Source: Basidiobolus meristosporus CBS 931.73
Taxonomy: Eukaryota; Fungi; Basidiobolomycota
DNA: 64,000 nucleotides
NCBI GenBank assembly: GCA_002104905.1
Contig: MCFE01000145.1
Coordinates: forward strand, 1 to 64,000
Reading direction: 5' to 3'
Shown here: positions 1-12,631 of the stretch, in pieces
Numbering within the stretch: position 1 is the stretch's first letter
How the letters are laid out: each line of letters opens with the position of its first letter
Program-made: the position numbers and the translations under genes
Notes under the pieces: model-generated
Told to the model about the DNA's origin: nothing
Databases searched by the model: none
Seen by the model: only the letters and a program-made list of their open reading frames with translations

Positions 1-619
1 GCCATTACCAATATAGGACTGTTCATTATGTGTAACTTGAGCTATAATCAATTGCATGGAGCACTAGACCAGATCTATGTTAATATATGCACCATTATCC
101 AAAATAAAATATACATGTAGCAGCATCAGTACTTTGCTGTGTGGGTACAATAGCTTTCTGTTCAAAGGAGCATCCACTATTGACTCTTTGTCATGTAAAT
201 TTTGTACCTAATCTGTATCAGGGTAGTTCAAAGGAGCATATAATAACTTCCAATTATTGTACTTTAAACTATAACTAGAAGGTACCTTTAAGAATCCACT
301 GCTATATACAGACAGGGGGACTCTGGATTGCCAGCAACAAGATGCATAGCTAATAGAACTGAATCAGCTTTATCCAGCTGATACAGTCACTCTAGTTAAA
401 ATTCTCTCTTTGGAAACTCAGTGGTCTACAATCAATGCCTATATTGACTTTCAAGCTTGTGGCATTGCTTACACTATAATAAGACAATATAAGAATTGAG
501 GGCCAATGATACTATGTTAAGCAGCAAAGACATCTGGCTGGCTTATTTAGACACCTATATCAGGCTGTACATTGTGACTTGCAGCTTGAACAGCCTTAAG
601 ACTTGTGTCAAACTTGGGT

Positions 620-870
620 GCAATTCTGTTCTAGTTTCAGCCCAAGCCCAGCATATCTAGTACTCCCAAGAGCACCAAGACTAGCTTGCAGGGTGAACCA
701 ACTCTGTTGCCTTTATAGCCCAACTCAGCTATATACAAGACCAATATTAGACCAGGACCTCTCTGCTAATATTTGTGTCACTCTTGACAATTCTAAGGTT
801 CTGCACTTAGTTGTCACTTGGGTTCAGTTAACTCATTCAGGAGTTTTATTACACTTTACTCTTAGATATA
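620..870 (+). repeat. Repeat fragment homologous to the non-coding 5' region of the Gypsy remnant (42215-42372 joined to 43105-43200)
   Basis: Shared stretches such as ctttatag..caactcagctatatacaagaccaatattagacc and ctgc(a/g)cttagttgtcactt..gttcagttaactca. This copy lacks the MITE present at 42373-43104, so it represents the empty site. Confidence 0.75.
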
Positions 871-1266
871 TCATACCATACAAAAGCCCTTATAACCACA
901 ACTTAGATTTAAGTGGTATAGGCTCACAAAGACATTAATCCCCAACGATGGCACTGCATATCCTTATATCCTGATGCAGCCCACTCAATATGTGCAATAC
1001 TTAATGCCTGTAGCACAGACCCAATGCCTGGCAGATTTCCAGCATAGGGCATACAATACACCCAGTGTGCTGACAATTGCAATTGACATGACTACATAAA
1101 GCAAATCAATAAACCAGAAGTATAAAATGATTGTTAGATTATCCTTACTCATTTGCTAGTTTACTCAAGATGATCAGAACAACTAATGAACATTATCAGA
1201 AGCAAGTGGCAAGAATAGTGCAATAAAGCTACTCATTAGGCATTTATTTGATTGCTTTACTACTAT

Positions 1267-2110
1267 TTACATTGAACTTTGCATCTTGATGTACTTGATT
1301 CCCAGAGTGAACACAAACTCTAATCCAGCACTGCCAGCCACAATGAAAATGATGGTTTGCAAAATGTGATCTGATACTACAAGTTGCTCCTGTGCCAGTA
1401 GGGTATTGATGAAAGTGGAACTGTTGAGAGCCTCCCTGATAGGGATATCAAAGGTCAATTCTGACAATCCTGTGCTCAACTTGCTGTATATTGGGTCAAA
1501 AATGGCAATTCCAAATACTCCACCCATTGAGCAGAAGAAGGTTGCTAGTGCGGTGACTATTCCCATATTTTTGTGAGTGACAGCTGCTTGTCTGGCAAAG
1601 ATCAGTGCTTGAATGCAACGACCAGTTGCAAGATCAGCAAGAAGCCCATTTGCTCACCATGCCCTGTGTTGGCACTCCAGACAGCCAATAACCCAAGCCC
1701 ATGATTGCTGAGCCAACCCAGCACCAAATAACAATCACCCCAGTCTTAGAGATAATCAATCCAGAGATTACACTGGGTAGCATCTCAAGACCTGAACTAG
1801 TAGAAAAGTCCCCACAGACAACCTGAAAGTACATTGCAATGTAGTATACAAGTACAAAGAAAGCCATGCCAAAGAGAAACATGGTGATGAAAGTGAATAG
1901 TGGGAGAACTCTGCTGAGTTGGTAGCAACAGGGTGATAATAAATCCCAAAAGTAACACTGTCCCAAGGAAATTAATTTTCTTGATTTTTTTCTTGAGAGA
2001 GCCCTTTGGTGTAGGAAGACAAAGGAACCAGGAGACAGTGGTCACTGTGAGTACACCAAATGGCAAGTTGACAAAGAAAGACCACTTATGTCAGCAGTTG
2101 TCAAAATGAC
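1267..2110 (-). pseudogene. Decayed MFS multidrug transporter (DHA2/14-TM type), C-terminal portion
   Basis: Frameshifted pieces read FFVNLPFG..LCLPTPKGSLKKKIKKINFLGTVLLLG, FFVLVYYIAMYFQVVCG..STSSGLEMLP and ATFFCSMGGVFGIAIF, typical of fungal DHA2 MFS proteins. Several stops/frameshifts and almost no CpG. Confidence 0.75.
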
Positions 2111-3656
2111 CAAAGTCATACAGCTTTCCTTCCTCTTGCTAGTTTACTCATGAATTTGCTGATATGCAAACATAGAAATAGTGTCCCTTATTGTTGTACA
2201 TAATGTCATTATTTGTAATGAAGAGAAGTATGGGCTGCAGTGATAGAACCATACATATACACAGAGGCTGTCATTCCAGTGCATGCTCTTTATATGCTAC
2301 AGGATTCCTCAATAAAGTCCATAACAGGATGTTAGCCTGCATAATCTAATAAGACACACTTTATGCCCTTGGCTTAACCTTATTAAGTAGTGGCCAATGT
2401 AACTAACCTATTGCTCAATCATTCTTCAGCAAGTACTCTACTACCATAGCAGTGTTTCTAGTCCTTGTCACAAATCAAGTTGCTGTTACTGTCCCAACTG
2501 ACTGTTGTTCTTCATGCTCTTGCAAGTATAGAAGGGTTCATTATTGCAGTTTGCCATGTGTGCAGTATTCAAACAATTGCCACCAAAACATTTCAGCTTG
2601 CCTGTCATTAAGACATCCATTGTTCAATCCCTGTTATTGCACCAGGAATTCAGAACCATGACCAGAAAGCACAATAACCTAAGCATTGCTAATGCCAACA
2701 GCAACAAAGACTTCAGCATCAAGTATCAAACAGTGTCCAGTCTCAAACTGGAGGGTGGGGCCAATGCATTAGAATGTGCCAAGCAAAAGGGAGTGGAACA
2801 CACAGACAATAGTTGTTCATATCCCTACATTGTGAGGCAGCCCATCCAAGATGTAAAGTACACAAACCCAGCAACAAACACACAATGTGTAAAAGAATAA
2901 ATTATCCAGTACACTCATTGTGCTGACAATTGTGCCTATCAGATAAATCAACCAAAATGGACAATCTTGAGTAGGCAAAATAAATAAGCTCTCTTTGCAC
3001 AACTACCCTACTCTCAGAGTCTCATAGACTATCAATCCATAATAGATGCGGTGTACCAGTCCAAAAAGAACTAGTACCTCACCACAACAGACACCAAAGG
3101 ACAGGGACACTGCTCATTTGATTGGTAGCAAGGGTGACATAGTGAATGACAACATTGGTAAGCTGCTTTGAGCGCCATTTTAATGTTTACCTACTTGATG
3201 CATCAGACTGGAAAATATATGTATTAATATTAGGAGGTATATTGCTACAAATGTGGTTTCTATTTGAAGTCAACATATAATTGTGTTATTTGTCAGATGC
3301 AAAACAACCATGGTTCATACAACAGCAATGGCGCAGTTCTTACATAGTTAGTTATTTTGTAGTTAATTTTTTGGTCTGGGGCACTATCTATAATACAATT
3401 ATTTTTGCCTCTCAAGTATTATGCGATTTGGCTACAAAACAAGGGGAAAATATTTTTGAATATTTTCCTATAAAAAGAATTCATGCATAGCTTAGTATTG
3501 TTACAACAGCATTTACATATGCATGGTTTGGGTTGTGCATCACAATTGCCCAGCACTATCCCATTTTAGCAACTTATTCATTGTTGCTTGCAAACTGATT
3601 CACATCATCACAGCCTATCCTAGGCAAAAAGTTGGAATCAATGGTACCATCCATGG

Positions 3657-4727
3657 TGTGATGGTGTATAAGTCCAAGGGAGAGATATGTCCAACACTTC
3701 TCAAGTGTTTTGTGTGTGGGGTGCTCACTGGGTGCAATAACCTCTGGCAAAAGCTTGCTAGGAATACTTAGGTTCTGTCTCTAATCTGATTTGATGGGGA
3801 ATAAAGCCACAAGCTTGTCAAGGGAAAACTATTGACCTACAATCCCCAACTTAGTTGGCATCTAAACAAAAGTATGTGCTGGGTTTAGTGTTCTTTGAGA
3901 TGACAATGTACTAAAGCTTCCAAAGTCAAAACAACTGTAAACTGCACCAGCAGGGACTTGATAAGAATGCAGCTGTGGTCAATAGTTACAAAGACAGAAA
4001 AGTATCTTTGCCTGTACTAGAACAAACTTAGGAAAGAATCAATTATAATAAAAGATACCTACTCTGATTATTCCTCACAAGTAGTGCCTTCAAGGTCAGT
4101 TGGCTATCAGCATTGTTTCCTGGGAGTGTCCTGTGGTCTGAGGTTGGAAGTTCAGGTAGCAGCAGGTAGCAGTGATCACACTAATCAACAAGTTGGTATA
4201 TTGATAAAAGGGATGATGACTTATTGTTACGGGATTGCCTCCCTTATATACTTTTCTCACAGGCTAAGTGATTACTAATCATGGTGCTCCAGAAGGTTCC
4301 AGAGAACAATAGAAATCTTAAGGGCATCAGAATGAGCTAAGAGTATTTTAAGCAGGTGCCAGAAGGTTCTAAGAGGCACAGCACATCCAACCAATCAGGA
4401 TTCAGTATTACAAAACCTGTGTAACATAGGATACCATATATGGTATGAAAATGGTAGGGATAGTGACACAGGTTGATCATGTGTCATGGGTACTGGCGCA
4501 GGTACTTGCCTAATGCAGAAGCACTTACAGCTAGTAATCTTTACATAAAGTGAGGGATAATTTATGCAATAAGGTAAGCAGGTGTGATAGTCAACCAGCT
4601 TATGGGATAGTACTGGTCAGGTAAGACAAATGGGATAAAACTAAAATAAATGTAGTAGAGAAATAGAAAAGTAGAAAATATGGGAATGAGCACATCTGTC
4701 AGTGGGTGTTACTATGACCCCACTACA
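3657..4727 (-). mobile_element. Solo LTR (about 1.07 kb), older copy of the family at 58912 and 60396, reverse orientation
   Basis: Ends TGTGATGG...CCACTACA. Reverse complement aligns with the 58912/60396 copies. Flanks ATGG and ACAG fit an ACGG target duplication after CpG decay. Confidence 0.85.
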
Positions 4728-4839
4728 ACAGGCTCTTCTTACTCAACCTTTTTAAATCTGTTCATCATTTGGGTTTCTATGTTTGATTAATAATCTGTCC
4801 TGGTTTGTGGCAGATGGGCTTACTAAGTATAATGATGTG

Positions 4840-5770
4840 TTATGCTAGCAACCCTGGTTGCACCCATTGCTTTAAAAAACCCATTTCAGTTAATGCATGC
4901 AGTGCTAGTGGAAACCTAGCATAATCAATTCAAACACATCAGACTTATCTGTGTGGATCAACTTGACTTGTCTTCCTATCTCCCCACACATCTGCTGCAT
5001 AGGAAACTCCTCAAAGGTGAAGCAAGGCCAAATATTCTCAGCACACTAAGCAAGACAGAGTAGAGAATGGATACAGTGGCTGCAGAAAGCTACATGTTCA
5101 GCACTATGTCTGTAGAAAAGCTGCTCAAATCCTGTCACAAACTCCTTGCACAACAGCTGCAGATGCTTCAAGTTGGATTGGTAATCTGCTTTGGGATGAA
5201 TAATCATTCAATGCCTATATTTGACTCCCAACACTTCCAATGTAAGCTTGGTAGAAATGGCTTCAGAAGGCCATTTGAATAAATACGCATCTAGTTCATA
5301 CATTCTTTGCACTTAGTTATTTATTAAGTAATGTTGCATATGCATGTGAATATTGATTGGAGCCTGTGAGAAGTACTTTGGCTAGCAGATACTCAGTAAT
5401 ATCTTGCCAATTCTTTCATATTTTCTTTGGTATCTTCAAGGGCTCATTTAGCTTGCAATACCTCCTGTACAACTTAGTCATCAGTATCAGGATATTGCTA
5501 AAAAGCAAATGCTTTGCTCTCAGTGGAAAGCTTTTACCTGTGAATGAACAGTGGCATAAAGCCATAGGGTTCCTGCCAAAGTCATGGAAACAAAGTGTTA
5601 CAGCAGAAATACTTATGAAGTGGTGGATTTCAATGGAGTTACTTGTTGATTGTGGGGTTAGGCTTAATGTTAGTGTAGGGTATAGGGACTTGTAGTGGTC
5701 AATATAACTGGCAATTGAGGTACAACTGAAGTTTCATTGGAAATAAATCAATTCAAATGCACAAAAAGTA
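4840..5770 (-). mobile_element. CACTA/EnSpm (CMC) transposon fragment with a large internal deletion
   Basis: About 4900-5535 is the reverse complement of about 57440-58100 (transposase). About 5535-5770 is the reverse complement of about 54050-54320. The junction removes about 3 kb. Ends approximate. Confidence 0.8.
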
Positions 5771-5837
5771 AAAGAAATGGTTGAGTCAGGTAGTCAATCA
5801 ATGCACACATATGTAGTAGGTGATAGAGTGTCTGGGA

Positions 5838-6246
5838 TCAGAGAGTGAGAAAATTGGCAGAGAACCAATCAAAGCCACTTTGGTAATGTTGTGATGAGTG
5901 TCCATCCAGACATATACACATGGCCACTATCATTGCTATGTCAACACCTAGTGTAATAGTAACATAGTAGTCTTGCTTCTCAAGGAACAAATTTCTCATG
6001 GTAGCTATTGGATCATGAATCTTTGCAATTGGAATTGCCTCTGTCGATTGATCAACTGGATAAATGACAGTTTTCCTTGCAAGCCAATCTATCAGCGATA
6101 TCAAAATCATTCCCTGACCACGAGAGGAACCTCTCGGACAAGTGCAAGTTCACTTCGTATGGCAGGCAGAAGCGTTCCTCAGTTGCAAGGATAGGCGGAT
6201 TCCGGGCAACCAAGGTAATAGAGGCGTCTGGGTTTCGTATTCCCAT
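5838..6246 (-). pseudogene. LURP-one-related (LOR/Tubby C-terminal-like) gene with internal deletion and frameshift
   Basis: N-terminal frame NLHLSERFLSWSGNDFDIAD joins out of frame near 6090 to DWLARKTVIY..IAKI..LFLEKQDYYVTITLGVDIAMIVAMCICLD. These are the two ends of a LOR-family protein; the middle is missing. Confidence 0.65.
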
Positions 6247-7036
6247 GAAGGTTCAATCAGCACTTTCTTTCTCACTTATACAATTCTTCGAACAGGCGTC
6301 GCTTACAAGTAAGTACAGAGCAGATGGCCAATTTACGCAAATTGGGCTCAGCGTTGTACATATAGTAGCCCCATTAACCTCGGTTAAAAGTGATTGCAAC
6401 ACACAACATCTTTACTGTATCTAGATCATCATAGATATATATATGTACGAGTAATGTCACATTTTTTATCGAAAGAGTAACCATATTTCATCCCCATACA
6501 AAGCAGCATGCTAATTAACGAACCTGGTAGAACAACTGCTTGAACGGGAAGTTAGGAATATGTCACACAATTCGCTTCTATCACAAGTCTGATTTCAAGC
6601 AATCCTAAGGCTGGCTAAACCTGGTAGCTAGTTGGTACCGATGAGGCGGCACATTGAGCTCTCTGCCCACCCATGTATGCCGAATGGCCACAAACTCAAT
6701 AACATGTCGTTCCAGTGGTGTACACCTATAGAATTCCGCGACATGTGAGCGCGAGCCATAGTGCAACAGGTGTCCCAGCCTTTCAGATGCATTTAGATGG
6801 CCTTGGGTGGCCGAACCAACAGGTATGGTTTCGGCTGTAGTTTGGAAATCGTCTGAACAGATGAATTTATTACGATTCTGCCGCCCTATAGAATAAATAC
6901 TTGGAGCGGTGGCACTCACCCGCCTCACCCTTCTCCTCGAGCCTCCACCCGAGCAGCATCGATGGATCAAAGATATCGCAATTGCCATCTAGCTAGTAGC
7001 AAATGCTGGTATGTAAACTCTAGAGCATACTTCGGG

Positions 7037-8689
7037 TTAATCTAAAGACTCGTAGTGGTTTCTAGCGGCAATCTCATCTATGGAGCGGCCCTTTGTTTCC
7101 GGAACGCTTAGGTAAATGAAGATAAGCGCCACCCCGTTAGTCACTGCGAATATGATAAATGCCTTTGCCCCAAGAGAAGTGATCAGTGTTGGAAATATAA
7201 AAACCACCAAAGAATAACACCTAACAAGCCAAAGAGGATTAGAACGCGCATCCGAGGATGTAGCCAACGCTTACTTACGCCCAATTTGTAGCAGTGGCAA
7301 TGGAAACAACTACGCCGGTGGCCCATGTGGGAACCAATTCGGCAATAATCATGAAAGGAATGGTGGCTGACCCGATGCTGAAGCTAGATGTATACAGAAA
7401 CACTAGGCTCCCGTTAGTACCTCCCACATCGATACACATTAGTAAACAACTCACCAGATAGTGTGTTCAAAGTCACTAGGTTTAGGATGTCGCCCATGAC
7501 GAGCAATAGGCACGATAGGAACATCCCGCCTGTGCTTATGAGAAGCAAAGGACGCCGTCCGCTTCTATCGATTAGCATGGAGGAGCATAGATTAAGCAAC
7601 ACGTTAAGCGCGGCAATACAAATAGTCATGTAAGGGGCAAGCTGCGGTCCAATGGTTCGGTGGAACATCGACGTTGAATACAGCGTAACCCCATTGACAC
7701 CAGATAGCTGCTGAGAGACATGAAGCCCAATACCAACAAAGAGCATTCTACGTACATAACCATCCGCCATGATCCCCCTCATGCGATCGCGAAGAGATCG
7801 TTCCTTCGACCCATTCAAGGAATTATCCAAGCTTCCACCAGATACCATATCGTGAAACTCATGCTCAATGTTGCATCCCTTGCGTAGCTTTTGTAAGGAT
7901 TTCTTGGCTTCATCGATTTTCATGTTGGACAGAAGGTATCTAGGTGTTTCGGGGCAAAATGCAAGAAGAACCACCTGGAGTGCGGCGAACAGAATAGTTA
8001 GCCCAAAAAGAACTCTCCACAAAGGAACTGTAGCGAGCCAAAGGCCGGTTATCTGTGAGAACAGGATTCCAAAGGCAATAGAAACTTGAAGTAGAGTCCC
8101 CATAGCCCCTCGATACCGAATTGTCGAACTTTCAGCGATGTAAATTGGCGCTACAACAGTAGACGTACCACTGCCAAGACCGATGAGGAAGCGGCCAACA
8201 GCGAACATGCTAGTATTCATTGAAAGCGCTATTAGCAGTCCTCCCAGAACAAAATTAACGTTGTTTAACAAAAGAGTCTTTTTTCTACCAAGCTGGTCAG
8301 CTATCGGGCCGGCAGCTAAACCCCCTAGCAAACCTCCTACCTGCATAATGGCCACGTTGAAACCCCTAGGCTCACGTTAGAGGATAGTTTTAACTTGAAG
8401 CAGCAACGCTGACATACCACAATAAGTCACCCATTGGCAAGCAACCCGGAAGAAGGCCTGTTGTATCGTCTTGCTGGCAGCCTCTAATGACCTTCTCTGA
8501 GATGTTGGGGGAGCCAGTATTCCAACCCTTGTTAAATGAAGCCAGAGTGGCCACCAAAACTGACACAAATATCACAAGGGTCAATCCTTTTTCTCTAGAA
8601 TCGGTCGCTCGCTCTATTGAGCGGGACAGTTTTGGGCTAAGCATTCGGACTTCAGATACCGGTTCACTCTCAGCTACACCGGAGGACAT
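7037..8689 (-). CDS. MFS sugar porter (GLUT/hexose transporter family), 4 exons
   Basis: GWNTG motif, ADQLGRK, GRFLIGLG, PIYIAE, PETPRYL, QQLSGVNGV, IDRSGRRPLLL, VPETKGRS. Canonical introns, for example 8417-8366 (GTATGT...CCTAG) restoring DLLWGFNVAIMQ. Confidence 0.95.
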
Positions 8690-8838
8690 TGCAGGGCTTA
8701 GCAGTGAAAAGTATTACGGATAAAGAGTGTTTATTATGGGGCTACTTTACAAGTCCATTACACCACTTTAATAGTCTAAGCACTGGTGTACTTGATCAGC
8801 GAGGTAAATAATATTATCTCCGTTCACATCTCATCATT

Positions 8839-9805
8839 TTAGTGGGATCTTGTAGAACCATTTGTCATATGCGATCCCAATTGGACGATTCCCTCATGCA
8901 ATACCAAAGCATGGAGTAGTCGAATGAACATCGACAGAGCACGTTTAGACGTGGATGGGCATTGGATAGATAAAAACACGACTCCCCTAGCCAGTACAGG
9001 TGTATGGAGTGGCATTCTCTGCACCGATATAGGCACATTCCCTACCCACATGAAAGAACTGCATAGATCCCGGTAATTTCGAATGAGCTAAATCCGAGTT
9101 TCGATGAGAAATGGCGTTTATTGGTAGGAGGAAGGTCAGGATGATTCTAGAAACCCTGACACCGCAGCTATTCCACATCAAGTCAGATCATAACAAGTGC
9201 AACCCCGTTGCTAAATGTACTCTGTGGATGAATATGGCTACAAGTCGAGATATAAAGCGATGTTTCAGATGCAAGTTCTATACACAGTTATAAGGTGGAG
9301 AAACACCGTCTATGAAACCATATAACCATAAGTTCAAAGGAACAAACAATATTGTTTTGTACTCAATACGTGCTTAAATTCATGCCTGCTCTTGACCGCC
9401 GAAAGCAACGAGAATAACCTGTCAGCTGTTGCCACACGGTTGAAGTGTGAATTCGGCAGTAATTCATAAGTTAAAGAGCTCCAGAAGATAGGTGATAGGA
9501 GTTCCCTTCCTCGAAGGCTTTATCTCATAGTGCTCAGAATCCAGTTCGAGTACCTCATAACGCGGAAAGGAGTAATACTCTGATTGAGGGCATTTCTCTC
9601 CAACTTGCCTCGACTCTTTGCAGGTGCCGCCGTATACCATACGCTTTAGTGAGCTGGACAGCGTCTCCAAATGCGTGCTGTTGAGTGTAGCGTGGGCAAG
9701 GGCAACACTTATACCCTCGCGTTCTGGAGAAGGATTTGTTGGAACCCAGGCTTCAACCTGGTTAATAGAGGTTTTGTGCAAGCTCACTTGTTTACAACTA
9801 GGCAT
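8839..9805 (-). CDS. Possible uncharacterised multi-exon gene (weak methyltransferase-like segment)
   Basis: Open frame at 9464-9805, plus a spliceable GTAGGA...GCTAG intron near 9.0 kb giving FEITGIYAVLSCGGVVFLSIQCP. No diagnostic motif; the gene model is not resolved. Confidence 0.2.
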
Positions 9806-12079
9806 GTTTTCCGCGGGAATTCAGTTCGGTGTTATAGGCAGGACGAAGTAAGCGAAGTCTAAGGGGAGCTTAGATGATGTAAAACGGGAACTAGAAAGCC
9901 ATAAATTGAACCACAGGTGGGATTTTCCACCGGTCAACCCCGGGCTTTTAAACGTTTATGATGCAAGTATCCGCTCCAAACCATCTTTCATCCAGCAACA
10001 AATAATCGCCCATGATTGGACAGGACACTCAGCGACATGATGTTTCAGTAGTAGCTGAGTATTCGACTAAACAAATCCTGACTAGCCAGTAGCTCGAGAG
10101 CTCAATCAAGTTCGAAGTAAAAATAATTGTGCGTATGTGAAGAATTACACAGTAGATCAGGAGCGCGTTTGGCAAATCGGAAACGACCAGAGTGGGGACC
10201 CAGCCGAATCTCTTACCTAATGCAGAATAGCTGAAGTAGCGAATCCATTTATAGTGTTCCCCAGCACAATACGAGATATGCTTAAGGCTCGAATGAAGCT
10301 TAATGCTTGCAATAACTTCACCTCGATCACTCTAAACGGAAGGTGAGGATTCATGTGCGGCAGACGCGCGTATCCAATCAATACTTCGGATGCTGATGAC
10401 TAAAACAACAGTCAAATTCATTTACGAAATACACTCCATCGAAGGATATGGAAAATCCTGACCACTGTTAGACAGCTATGGCCTGATTTGGAAAGATATA
10501 GACATTCGCTTATCCACTTCTGAACTTTGCCACCATACAGGAACTAGCGCGGAAGTGCTGAATTTCTATATCGCAGCCAGTACGTCTGGGTACCCCGAGA
10601 GTCGGCCGAGAAAGGCCACTGATGTGAATTGGGGCACCTGAGGCACCAGGAGGGGGGCTGCCTGCCTACTCCGGCATTAAGCAGCAATCTTAGAGGAGCG
10701 TGTAGTGCAAACACTGTTAACTACACCCCCCTGCGATCGGTCATTTAGCTCAACCTAAACATGCACATAATTAGACAGGATGACAAAAATAGCCCTGCAG
10801 ACTCCATGGTCAGGTTGATTAGCAAAACGCTCGATTTGCCTCAGTAAACAGCAGCGATATCACGCCATAGGCGTAATCCCATTTACCAGACTTAGGATCT
10901 GACAACTGTTTAACTGATGATCGCTGAGTATCTCTAGATCTTGAGATCATGTCATCTGACTGAGGCGTGAAACAAGTGGTACAATGCGTAGGCTGAAAAC
11001 AAATCTAGAAATACAACCCACCAGCAGACACATATATATCGGCGACCACTGGGGTTTGTATTGGGATCAAGATATATGGTCCCATCGAATAAGAACATTC
11101 CAGAGGTATGACCATTCCAAATACATCTCTGGAGAGGGTGTTTCATCGATATTGCTCTACGAGTGGCTCTAGCCCGAAAACACTGTATATGTATCTATGT
11201 GTAGTAATCAGCCCCCTATGTCCCCTGCATGTTCTCTGACCCACCCAGATTGATTTTCGTGTGGGATCACGCCCAGGATCACTCGATACCAACGATTTTT
11301 TCAGTTCTTTCCCAAAGGTGAGGGGCTATGATCCAACACTATCACCAAGGACTTCCGTCACTCCAGAAGGCCGCCTATCAATTGGCCTTGCTTGACCATC
11401 AGATCGATTCGATCCACAGCTAGCAAGCGTTATCATTCCATCTATCCTTTTTGTTTGCTGCAAGAATAGAAAGCGTGGCCAGCGTCGGATATTTTGGTTA
11501 AATGTAAATCAACCCCCATCAGCAACAATGGAATTCCTTATCAAGGTCTTCATTGCGCTTCGGCGATTCCTCCTGATAGCGTGACAGGTCAATATCTACA
11601 AATTCATCACCAAGCAATCAGCCCCACATGACTGAGTGTCGCTTTATATCCAGCCCTCGCTATATCTAACCATTGCGCAATAAGCATGCGAATCTCGAAG
11701 GAATTCCAAATTACCAGGCTGTCCCTGCGCTTTCAACATGCGATAAATAACTCGTTTAATAGACGAGATGCAAATATTAATGGAAATAAGCAGCAAAATG
11801 AATTAGACCCTGACGAAATAGGTCAAAAGCCACGAAGCGTAGAATTGAAAATATGTGCAAAAAGAAGGGAGGACAGTGTAACGAAAAGGGGATCCTGGAA
11901 CACACAGCGGTATCCTGGACAACAGGGATCAAAACTATATACCTAGAAGAGTCGAAGCATTTGAGTGGATATATACTGCAGTAATACATGGAACAGAAAA
12001 GCCGATTCGGAGCGGCAATCCCTAGAGGAACTCAGCGTTCGAGAACTTGCGGAATTCAACCTGGAGAATGTGATGTCAT

Positions 12080-12631
12080 TTAGCATTGAACAGCTTGCTG
12101 TTGGGACATTGGGACAATCAGCTCGTCGAAGTTCTCCATTTGTACGACTTTATCATCCACCAACTTCTCTTCATTTGATGAGCTGATGGATAGGGAGCTG
12201 GTGGATTTCCAGTCGGTTTCGTCGTCATGCAAAGGAAATGATACATATTCCGATAGCCGGCTAGGCAGGTTCTGAGATTGGGAGCGTCCAAACCGTGCAA
12301 GGGTTAGCTGACTATCGGAGCCGAAGTACTTCTGTAAAATATCAATGGAGCTCATCCTTCGAAGACTGGACTTTCGTTCACTTTCTGTAGAAGATCCGGC
12401 TGATGCATACTTACTTAACAAGTCGATGCTCTTATATTTGCGCAAACGTGGCTTTGATGTCGCGGCCAAAGAGGAGGATCCCGAATTAATAGTTACAGTC
12501 TCGTTACAAACGACTTGGCTCACTTCGGAGACAATACTACCTTCTCCATTCAGGAACCAACCTCCATTGCTTTTATTAACTGAGCATCTTGCTCGCGATT
12601 CCAGCGGCTTTGAGGGTCTACTTGATAACAT
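12080..12631 (-). CDS. Ser/Arg-rich hypothetical protein
   Basis: Long open frame (12080-12961) with likely ATG at 12631. Internally duplicated motif RKYKSIDLLSKY / RRMSSIDILQKY supports coding status. The 3' end may be spliced. Confidence 0.5.
   Translation of the reverse strand: MLSSRPSKPLESRARCSVNKSNGGWFLNGEGSIVSEVSQVVCNETVTINSGSSSLAATSKPRLRKYKSIDLLSKYASAGSSTESERKSSLRRMSSIDILQKYFGSDSQLTLARFGRSQSQNLPSRLSEYVSFPLHDDETDWKSTSSLSISSSNEEKLVDDKVVQMENFDELIVPMSQQQAVQC

Larger units (their letters stand above)
1..6050. other. CpG-depleted repeat/heterochromatin-like domain (left flank)
   Basis: About 10 CG dinucleotides in the first 5.8 kb by hand count, versus roughly 200 expected from base composition. 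Contains only decayed genes and TE pieces. CG frequency returns to normal from about 6.05-6.1 kb. Confidence 0.9.

Noticed and set aside
6605-6988. 127-aa minus-strand ORF just downstream of the sugar porter
   Set aside because: No recognisable domain, and it lies where the transporter's 3' UTR is expected.
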